A DNA stretch of 64,000 nucleotides, from positions 18,674 to 82,673 of the forward strand of contig JACOVG010000004.1 in the NCBI GenBank assembly GCA_016177405.1, given 5' to 3'. Source of the DNA: Candidatus Omnitrophota bacterium (lineage in GTDB: Bacteria > Omnitrophota > Gorgyraeia > 1-14-0-20-64-10). A model generated the notes under the pieces. The model had not been told where the DNA came from and made no database searches. It was given only the letters and a program-made list of their open reading frames with translations. Below, piece after piece: positions 7,824 through 15,050 of this stretch (the first letter of the stretch is position 1; each line of letters starts with the position of its first letter). A program made the position numbers and the translations under genes.

Positions 7824-10800
7824 CACACCTCCAGGAATTTCCCCTCGAAGTACCGGCGCATGGTCTCATTTTCGTTGGAGGGGGTGTAGCCGGTCGCCGC
7901 CGGCTGCCAGATTCCCTGGCCGCCCAAACCGCCATCCTCGGCCTTGACGACCCGCACCAGGGTCTCCTTGGGAACGGTGTTCACCGCGTGGTTATCCGCC
8001 TCGCCGCCAAAGAGGAAGGACATGAAGACCTTCGCCTTGTGGAAGAGGGTGTCGGTCTGGTGCATCGGCATGTGCCAGTTGCGGGTCACCGACTGCTGGG
8101 AGCCGTAGCGGAAGTTGGCCTGGTAGCCGGTGTCGGCCGAGAGGGCGCGCCCATCCCTGCGCGTCTCGTGGGCCCGGACCGAGCGCTCGGTGGCGATGTA
8201 GGTGCCGTGCTTCATCATCACCACGTTGTACGGGTAGGCCGGGTTGTACCGGGCCCGCAGCATCAGCCGCGCCACCTTGTAGAAGGGGTCGCTGGGCTTG
8301 GCCCCGAGGTAGGGGCGGTCGGCCGGGTTGGCATCCACGTAGACGTAGTCGCCGTCGTTCAGCCCAAGGTCCTTGGCCGCTTCGGGGTTGATGTGGATCT
8401 GGTGCTCGCCCACGCCGGGGGCGCGCTTGTCCATCCGGTAAGGGTCGCCGAAGTTGGAATCCCAGATCTCGTGCCAGTCCACATTGCTCCAGAGGGAGTG
8501 CACCCGGTGCCGGCTCTTGGGGGTCAGGCAGTAGAACTTGAAGCCCTTCTCCCAAAGGAAGTTTTTGCTCTGCTTGACCTCGCCCCAGGGTTTCTTGACG
8601 TTGCGCACCGTCCGATCGTCCCAATGCTCGGCCGTCAGCGGGATCCCGTAGTCGCTGGGGCGGACGTAGGGGTTGCTGGAAACGATGACGTTGGGCAGGT
8701 AGGGGGTCGCCTCCGTCCCTTCCCGGTGGACAATGAAGTTTTCGCCGTACTCGATCGCCTCCGGCACATCCGAGTAGGCCGCGAGGCGTCCGCAGTCGGT
8801 GTAAAAGGGGAGGTCTTCATGGATTTGCTCCCAGAAGACCACCCGGGGGTACGTCCGAAAAAGCATCAGGGCCCCGCCGGGCGGGCCGTATCGGCCGGCC
8901 ATGATGTCGGAAAGCTTGTAGCCGCGGGTGGTGGTGCAGGCGTCCAGGAGGCGCTGGATGTAAACCTCGCGCTTGCCCTCCAGGGCAAAACGCCAGTAGT
9001 CCAGGATGCGGGCGTCCCCGGTGGTCTTGGCCAGGGCCTCGGCGATGCCGGCCAAAATCATCAGGTCGTCGCGGCTGTCAAAGATCGGCGGGATGCCCCC
9101 CTTCCAGATCTGGAGGAAGGGATTGGAGCAGGAGGCCGTCACCTCCAGCCCCTCGGACTCGAGCCAGCTGTTGGCCGGCAGGGCGATGTCCGAGTATTCG
9201 ATCGTGGCCGTCATCTGGATGTCCACCGAGAGGATCATCTCGACGTTGGGGTTGACGTTCTTGAGCATCTCGTAGGCCCACTTGGCGTTGTTGAGGAGGT
9301 TGACGTTGGTGAAGAGCATCGCCTTCGTGGGGGTGGGCATGTGGCTTTTTCCGGTGAAGACCTTGCGCCCGGCCTGGGGGGTCTCCACGATGAGCGGCTT
9401 GTCCCCGTGGTTCCAGTAGGCCGGCTCCTCATCCATGAAATGGGCGTGGGCGTGAATCTCCTTGCCGTCGACCGAGGGATCGAGGGTCGGATGGAAGGGG
9501 TCCTCGGCCACCCATCCCTTGAACCCGGGACCCGTCCAGGGAGAGCCCTGGAAGAGAGCCGCCTTGTAGTTTCCGGCCCAGGAGTAGCAGCCAGCCCCCG
9601 GCTTTCCGATGTTGCCGGTCAGCATGAGCGGCAGGTAGGCCGCCCGGTTGGCCTCGGTCGCGTGAAAGTAATGGTTGATTCCCTCCCCCTGGTGGATCGC
9701 CACCGGCTTGAGGGTGGCCATCTCCTTGGCCAGCTTCTCGATCTTTTCCTTGGGGGCCTGGGTGATCTCGGCCACGGAATCCAGGTCGTAATCCTTCAGA
9801 TGAATCTTGTAGAGGGTGAACAGGGTCATCACCTCGACGGTTTGGCCCTGGGTCGTCTTCACCTGGAAGGTCCCCTCCAGGGAGGGCTTCACCCCTCTTT
9901 GCGCCAGGCGCCGGCCCACCTCGTCGCGCGTGACGGCGGCCGGGGCGTTCGCCGCCTCGTCCCAGACCACAAAGTCTCCGAGCTTCTGGTACTGCGGTTC
10001 GGTCAGCCCCTGGATCTTGAAGCTGGCTCCCTCCTTGGAGAGCTGTCCCCGGTAGCCCGGGAAAATCTCATGGGCCCGAAGGCGCTTCAGGTTGTCGGTC
10101 CGGATGAGCAGGGGGAAATCGGTGTAGCCGGTCACAAACTCCCGGTCGTACCAGCCGTTGTCGATCAGGATCCGAGTGATCCCCAAAAAGAGGGCCGCGT
10201 CGGTCTGGGGGCGGATCGGGATCCAGTCGTCCGACTTGGAGGCCGGCGGGCTGTATTCGGGCGAGATCGTCACCACCCGCCCGCCCCGCTCCATGCACTC
10301 GATGAACCAGTGGGAGTCGGTCATCTTGTTCTCGCAGAGATTCTTGCCGTCCTGGATGATCAGCTTGGAGAAACGCAGGTCGTTGAAATCGCAGTCGGCG
10401 TTCTGCAGGCCGTGCACCCAGGGGTGGCCAGGCGCCTGGTCCCCATGCCAGGTGTAGTTGGACCAGGCCCTGCCGGCCAAGGAATCCTCCGGCTTGACCC
10501 CGCGCAGGTGAACGTCCAGCAGGGCCATGGTGTTGGCCAGCCGGTACATCCCGTACTTGCCGAAAACCCCCAGCAGGCCCATCCCGCCGCGGAACTTGAG
10601 CGTCCGGGTGCCGGCGCCCCGCATCGCCTCGATCATCTCCTCGGGATATCCCTGCGAGCGCAGGAGCTTTTTCCCCTCCTCGCCGGAGTAGCGCTTGGCG
10701 ATGGCCGCCAGGGCCCGGGCCACGTAGCCGTTCACCTCGTCCCAGGAGATTTTTTCAAAGCTGTCCAAACCCCGGGAGTCGAACTTGTATTTGGCCTTAT

Positions 10801-11263
10801 GGGCGGGGGTCAGCTCCGGGAAGCCATCGTCGGCCCACTGCCTCCAGCCCTTGCGGACGATGGGATGCTTCAACCGGTAGGGCCCGTACATCAGGCGGTG
10901 GAAGGTGAAGCCCTTGGCGCACTGGCGCGGGTTCCAGTTGGGGGTGGCGTGGTTGCCGTAAAGGTCGGCGTAGCTGGCGTAATCGTACTGGGAGCCCAGC
11001 CGCACCACGATGCCGTTGCGGACGTAGGCCAGAACCCGGCAGGCGTGCGTGTCGTTGGGCGAGCAGACCCATGAGAAGGTGCTGTCATACCGGTACTGAT
11101 CGCGGTAAAGCTTCTCCCAATCCCGCGAGGGGTAATGGGCCAGGGGATTCTCCACGTCGGCCACCGGCTCCAGGGCCCAGAGCTTGAGCTCCCGGGACGC
11201 CAGATAGGCGGCGGCTCCGGTCGCGCCGGCGAGCTTGATGAATTGACGGCGGGTAAGGATCAT
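7823..11263 (-). CDS. nxrA: molybdopterin oxidoreductase alpha subunit, NxrA/NarG-like (periplasmic, Tat-exported)
   Basis: 1146 aa from the ATG at 11263. It has a Tat leader (MILTRRQFIKLAGATGAAAYLASR) and an N-terminal Fe-S Cys/His cluster region (WVCSPNDTHACRV). MGD-binding domains extend throughout, and the length and blocks match periplasmic-type NXR alpha subunits. The upstream part of the 1172-aa track ORF is untranslated low-complexity sequence. Confidence 0.85.
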   Translation of the reverse strand: MILTRRQFIKLAGATGAAAYLASRELKLWALEPVADVENPLAHYPSRDWEKLYRDQYRYDSTFSWVCSPNDTHACRVLAYVRNGIVVRLGSQYDYASYADLYGNHATPNWNPRQCAKGFTFHRLMYGPYRLKHPIVRKGWRQWADDGFPELTPAHKAKYKFDSRGLDSFEKISWDEVNGYVARALAAIAKRYSGEEGKKLLRSQGYPEEMIEAMRGAGTRTLKFRGGMGLLGVFGKYGMYRLANTMALLDVHLRGVKPEDSLAGRAWSNYTWHGDQAPGHPWVHGLQNADCDFNDLRFSKLIIQDGKNLCENKMTDSHWFIECMERGGRVVTISPEYSPPASKSDDWIPIRPQTDAALFLGITRILIDNGWYDREFVTGYTDFPLLIRTDNLKRLRAHEIFPGYRGQLSKEGASFKIQGLTEPQYQKLGDFVVWDEAANAPAAVTRDEVGRRLAQRGVKPSLEGTFQVKTTQGQTVEVMTLFTLYKIHLKDYDLDSVAEITQAPKEKIEKLAKEMATLKPVAIHQGEGINHYFHATEANRAAYLPLMLTGNIGKPGAGCYSWAGNYKAALFQGSPWTGPGFKGWVAEDPFHPTLDPSVDGKEIHAHAHFMDEEPAYWNHGDKPLIVETPQAGRKVFTGKSHMPTPTKAMLFTNVNLLNNAKWAYEMLKNVNPNVEMILSVDIQMTATIEYSDIALPANSWLESEGLEVTASCSNPFLQIWKGGIPPIFDSRDDLMILAGIAEALAKTTGDARILDYWRFALEGKREVYIQRLLDACTTTRGYKLSDIMAGRYGPPGGALMLFRTYPRVVFWEQIHEDLPFYTDCGRLAAYSDVPEAIEYGENFIVHREGTEATPYLPNVIVSSNPYVRPSDYGIPLTAEHWDDRTVRNVKKPWGEVKQSKNFLWEKGFKFYCLTPKSRHRVHSLWSNVDWHEIWDSNFGDPYRMDKRAPGVGEHQIHINPEAAKDLGLNDGDYVYVDANPADRPYLGAKPSDPFYKVARLMLRARYNPAYPYNVVMMKHGTYIATERSVRAHETRRDGRALSADTGYQANFRYGSQQSVTRNWHMPMHQTDTLFHKAKVFMSFLFGGEADNHAVNTVPKETLVRVVKAEDGGLGGQGIWQPAATGYTPSNENETMRRYFEGKFLEV

Positions 11264-11267
11264 CTCT

Positions 11268-12653
11268 TCAGGGCTCCAGTTGAAGCTCGTTCCAGATCGA
11301 GACGTTCTTCTGCCCGTTGCGGTCCTGGTGGGCGCCGTCAAAGATGGCGAAGGCCGCCGAGGCCGTCGCGCCGGGCGCCAGGGGAAGATCCTCCTGGTTC
11401 CGGGAAATGGGCCTTAAGAAAACCAGCCGCCAGCGCCCATCCTGCCAAAGGCCGCGGGCCTGAACCTGCTGGAGCCGGGCCTCCCGCGAGGTGAGGGTGC
11501 CCGGACCCTTGGCGTTGGCCTCCTCGGCGGCCTGGGGCGTTTCCGGCAAGGCCTTCCAGTTCCAGATCCAGACAGGCGCCTGCCGATCTCCCATGCCGAA
11601 GAAGGGGGGGTCGGCTGCCGCCGACAGCTGGATCGCCGCTCCATCCGAAAAGGACTGCGGCGTCAGGGTGGAGTTGTCCCGGGCGGCGTCGCTCCACGTC
11701 AGGTGAAAGGCGAGCGCCTCGCCGTTGTGCAGGCAGCGCACCTCCACCGATTCGATCCGGTCGTCCCTCCACCACAAAGGGGTCAGGTTCACCGCCGCCG
11801 GCTTGATCCTCTTCCACGCGGGCGCCATCGGATCCAGGGGGATCTCCCCCTTCAGGCGGGAGGCCCGGATCGTCCGCCGCGCCAGGCGCGCCCTCTCCTC
11901 CGCCCCCGGCGGCGCCAGCGACTGCACGAAATGGACCAGATCCCAAACCTGCTCGTCCGTGTAGGCGCCGGCGTAACTGGGCATGGGAGAGCCGGGAAGG
12001 CCCGCGATGATCCGGCGGTAAAGATCGGCGCTTTGGGAAGACCCCTTGAAGATGCCGGCGGTGAGGTTGCGCGGGCGGATGGGGAAGCCCTGATTGTCCT
12101 GCATCACCTGCTGGCCGTCCCCTTTGCCTTGCAGGCCGTGGCAGGAGGCGCATCCCTGGGAAAAGAGGGCTCGGCCGCGGCCGGCGCTCTTGGCGTTCGA
12201 CGGGGTTTCCCGCGGCACGGGCACGATGGAGGCCGGGTCGGAGGGGGCCGGGGAGCCGGTGAGCTTGCGCACGTACCCCACGAGGGCCCAGCGCTCTTTC
12301 TCGGTCAGGGCCTCCCAGGAAGGCATCGCCGAACCGGGCATGCCGCGCGTGATGGCGAGGAACAAATCCTCGTCGGCCGCCTCCATGGTGCTGGTCGAGA
12401 CCAACCGAAATTCGTTTCGGGTGAAATCGCGCGGCTTGGGGTACAGAAGATAGGCCGCCGGGCCGTCCCCGGCGCCGGTCAACCCGTGGCAGAGGGCGCA
12501 CTGTTTCTCGTAGAGCTGTTGGCCTTCGGCTAAAAGCCCCGGCGCAGCTGCCGGCCGATCCTCTCCGGCCGCCGGCAGGGCCGCCGCGAGAATCATTCCA
12601 AGGAGCCCTAGGGTGAGTACCTTAGGAAGACTTGGTGGTGTCGCCGACATCAT
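11268..12653 (-). CDS. di-heme cytochrome c fused to an NxrC/EbdC-like gamma-subunit domain
   Basis: Signal peptide, then two CxxCH motifs (CALCHG, CASCHG) in the N-terminal 250 aa. The C-terminal 200 aa resemble heme-b gamma subunits of type II DMSO reductases (EB_dh-like, WxW, HNG region). The gene ends 4 nt before the nxrA start. Confidence 0.68.
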   Translation of the reverse strand: MMSATPPSLPKVLTLGLLGMILAAALPAAGEDRPAAAPGLLAEGQQLYEKQCALCHGLTGAGDGPAAYLLYPKPRDFTRNEFRLVSTSTMEAADEDLFLAITRGMPGSAMPSWEALTEKERWALVGYVRKLTGSPAPSDPASIVPVPRETPSNAKSAGRGRALFSQGCASCHGLQGKGDGQQVMQDNQGFPIRPRNLTAGIFKGSSQSADLYRRIIAGLPGSPMPSYAGAYTDEQVWDLVHFVQSLAPPGAEERARLARRTIRASRLKGEIPLDPMAPAWKRIKPAAVNLTPLWWRDDRIESVEVRCLHNGEALAFHLTWSDAARDNSTLTPQSFSDGAAIQLSAAADPPFFGMGDRQAPVWIWNWKALPETPQAAEEANAKGPGTLTSREARLQQVQARGLWQDGRWRLVFLRPISRNQEDLPLAPGATASAAFAIFDGAHQDRNGQKNVSIWNELQLEP

Positions 12654-12807
12654 CCTTGATTTGCTTGAGCCCCTTCTTGAATTCGGAAAAGGACTTTCCG
12701 ATCGAACGGGCGATCTCCGGCAGCCTCTTTGCCCCGAACAGAAGCAGCACGATGAACAGGATGAGCACCAGTTCCGGAATTCCGATGTTCTGAATGAACG
12801 CGAGCAT
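12622..12807 (-). CDS. tatA: twin-arginine translocase subunit TatA/E
   Basis: 61 aa with an N-terminal TM helix and the FGAKRLPEIARSIGKS motif, followed by an amphipathic helix. A strong RBS AAGGAGGTGA lies 7 nt upstream. Confidence 0.88.
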   Translation of the reverse strand: MLAFIQNIGIPELVLILFIVLLLFGAKRLPEIARSIGKSFSEFKKGLKQIKDDVGDTTKSS

Positions 12808-12936
12808 TTCTCATCACCTCCTTCAAATGGCCTTCAGATGCTTGGGGTATGCGTATTGTGCCCCGCCGGGTTTCTCTCGTTGTATGACGCAGATCATCTT
12901 TTCGTGGAAAGAAATATCTACAATTAAACCGATCCC
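12808..12936. promoter_or_regulatory. divergent promoter region between tatA-nxr operon and the Rrf2 regulator gene
   Basis: An AT-rich 129-bp island in a GC-rich genome. A near-consensus -10 hexamer TACAAT (12919-12924) lies 12 nt before the Rrf2 ATG, suggesting a short leader. An Rrf2 operator is expected here but was not identified with confidence. Confidence 0.35.
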
Positions 12937-13425
12937 ATGCTGCGCCTCCACTCCAAGGGCTGTGAATATGCCATCCGGGCGCTGATCCACCTGGTTCGGC
13001 GACAATCATCCCGGAAGCTGCCGGTTTCCTTTGGGAAGCTCTGCCATAAAACCAAGACGCCGGAACCCTCCACCCGGAAGGTGTTCCAGCGAATGGTGCG
13101 AAAGGGTCTGCTGACCGCCGTGCCGGGACGGGGGGGCGGCTACCGGCTGGGCCTGCCGCCGGATAAGATCAGCGTCTTGAGCATCATTCAAACCGTGGAC
13201 GGTCCCAAGGCATTGGGCGGCTGCGTTCTGGGCCTGCCTGCCTGCGGCGGCCGCCGCCCCTGCCCCCTGCACCCGACCTGGAAGAAGACCAAACAAGAAC
13301 TGACGCGGGAGTTAAGATCTCACACGCTTCTGGATTTGGCCAAAAGGAACGGAAGAGGAAGTTCTAAAGGCGGTATTCGGTGCGGACCATGGACGGATGC
13401 TGGAAGAGCCCCAGGCCCAAGGTGA
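12937..13425 (+). CDS. Rrf2 family transcriptional regulator with 3-Cys Fe-S ligand motif (NsrR/IscR-like)
   Basis: N-terminal wHTH (MLRLHSKGCEYAIRALIHLV). The Cys triad CVLGLPACGGRRPCPLH has the C-x6-C-x5-C spacing of cluster-binding Rrf2 proteins. The functional C-terminus is probably near residue 145; the ORF tail overlaps the convergent gene. Confidence 0.78.
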   Translation: MLRLHSKGCEYAIRALIHLVRRQSSRKLPVSFGKLCHKTKTPEPSTRKVFQRMVRKGLLTAVPGRGGGYRLGLPPDKISVLSIIQTVDGPKALGGCVLGLPACGGRRPCPLHPTWKKTKQELTRELRSHTLLDLAKRNGRGSSKGGIRCGPWTDAGRAPGPR

Positions 13426-14974
13426 GCGTGGTCCAGGCCGCCATCGGCACGGCCAGCCACCCCCTCACCCTCTGCGGCATCGGAATCGGGCCGAATTCCC
13501 GCCGGATGGCCGAAAGGAGCTCCCGGGCCCTCTGCCTGGCAACCCGCGTGGGGCCCATCCAGACCGCCGGGCCCAGGGCCGGAAAGCTCTCCAGGATGTC
13601 CCTCCGGTAGCGCTCGGCCACCTCCCTAAGCCGCGCGTTGGAGCTGTCCTTCAGCCGGTGGTAGCCGAGGCGCCACGTTTCGATGGCCCGGACAATGGAG
13701 GGGCCCAGGCGATGGAAGTCCTGGCGGAAGCAGTCCCGCTGGATCGCCTGGACCTGGGGCGCCGTCATCGTGGGGTGATCCACCACATTGTAGAATCCGG
13801 TGCAGCGGCGGAAGAAGGCATCCCGGTCCTTCACGAATTTTTTGCGCAGGCGCCCCTGGGCGGTGATCCTCTCGTAAAAGGGGGTGCCCGGAACCGGCCC
13901 GTAGATGAGGAACTGCGCCAGGGTGGGCTCGAGGGCGAGCAGCTGGTCCAGCTCCTCTTGGATGATCTGGGGCGTCTGGTAGTCGAACCCCACGATCATC
14001 GACGCCAGCACGATGATCCCGTGGGCGCGCAGATCGGCGATCAGCTCGTCGATGGGCCGGCCCTGCTGTTTGGCGAAGTTGGAGCGCCTTCCCTCGTAGC
14101 CCATCCAGACCCCGGAGATCCCCATCTCCAGAAGCTCGGTGAGCGAATATTGGGAGAGGGCCTTGACGCTCGAGAAGACGAACATCGGATAGTCCGCCTT
14201 CGCCTGCCGCACGCAGTCCAGAAACTCCGTCGAGCGCCGCTTGTTGAGGAGGAAATCCTCGTCCAGGACGGTGAATTTGATGGAGGGCTTCCGAGCCCGG
14301 TAGTCCCGCAGGACCTTGAAGATGTCCCTTCCCTCGGGCAGCAGCCGGACGTGCTTGCGCTTGAAGAAGTGGGAGGTGCAGCAGAAATCACAGCCGTTGG
14401 GGCAGCCCAGCCCCGCGAAGATCATTCCGTTGTCGCCGATCGAGGTTGAAAAAACCTTCAGCCCATTGACGATCAGGGGGTGGTCGTAGGGCATGGCCTT
14501 CTCCGGCTCCCCCATCAGCCGGCGCAGGAAGCCCACCCCCTCCTCCCGGCAGATGTAATCCCCGTAGGGCGCAAGCTCCTCGTCCGGAAGGATCGTCCCA
14601 TAGCCGCCCAGGATGATCTTGGATTGCGGCGAGTGCTTCCGGATCAGCTCCACCACCCGCTTCATCCGGTGAAAGACCGCCAGCAAAAAGGAGACGCCCA
14701 CGTGGGAATAGCCGCGCTTAAGCTCCCGGATCAGCTCCCGCTCGGTGGGGTACTGGAGGACGACGGTGGGTATCTCCAGGTTGTGCGCGATGTACTCGAG
14801 GGAGAAATGGACCTGGTACGAGCGGGGGCTGAAACAGCCCTGCGCCCGGGTGATCTGCTCGTGCGCGAGCTCGTAGCCGACCGAGATGCCGTCGCCGTAG
14901 CGCCGGCCCAGGGGCCGGCAGACGCTGGTCAGCAGAAGCCGCCGGGGTAGAACTCCGTTGGGATGGGAAATCAT
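13364..14974 (-). CDS. B12-binding radical SAM protein (class B rSAM), paralog 1
   Basis: An N-terminal cobalamin-binding Rossmann region (KIILGGYGTI) precedes a radical SAM CPNGCDFC motif. It is about 536 aa, and about 35% of residues look shared with the second copy at 28135-29880. Confidence 0.8.
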   Translation of the reverse strand: MISHPNGVLPRRLLLTSVCRPLGRRYGDGISVGYELAHEQITRAQGCFSPRSYQVHFSLEYIAHNLEIPTVVLQYPTERELIRELKRGYSHVGVSFLLAVFHRMKRVVELIRKHSPQSKIILGGYGTILPDEELAPYGDYICREEGVGFLRRLMGEPEKAMPYDHPLIVNGLKVFSTSIGDNGMIFAGLGCPNGCDFCCTSHFFKRKHVRLLPEGRDIFKVLRDYRARKPSIKFTVLDEDFLLNKRRSTEFLDCVRQAKADYPMFVFSSVKALSQYSLTELLEMGISGVWMGYEGRRSNFAKQQGRPIDELIADLRAHGIIVLASMIVGFDYQTPQIIQEELDQLLALEPTLAQFLIYGPVPGTPFYERITAQGRLRKKFVKDRDAFFRRCTGFYNVVDHPTMTAPQVQAIQRDCFRQDFHRLGPSIVRAIETWRLGYHRLKDSSNARLREVAERYRRDILESFPALGPAVWMGPTRVARQRARELLSAIRREFGPIPMPQRVRGWLAVPMAAWTTLTLGLGLFQHPSMVRTEYRL

Positions 14975-15050
14975 CGGGCTAGGTTATCATCCCCGCCGCC
15001 AGAATCTGTATGACGCCGGTCAGCTTTAAGAGCCGGCTTCAAAACCGGCT

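Noticed and set aside
7988-11074. 1028-aa plus-strand ORF and several other long plus-strand ORFs covering the nxrA region
   Set aside because: They are antisense to a gene with strong motif support. The products are Gly/Val/Ala/Arg-rich low complexity, typical of shadow ORFs in 65% GC DNA, and have no RBS or motifs.
11338-12533. Alternative-frame ORFs (387 aa minus, 276 aa plus) inside the cytochrome c/NxrC gene
   Set aside because: Only the 11268-12653 frame carries a signal peptide, CxxCH motifs and a recognisable domain. The others are Arg/Gly/Pro low complexity.
12650-13009. 119-aa and 60-aa minus-strand ORFs upstream of tatA
   Set aside because: They run through the AT-rich promoter region and into the Rrf2 gene on the opposite strand, and have no RBS or motifs.
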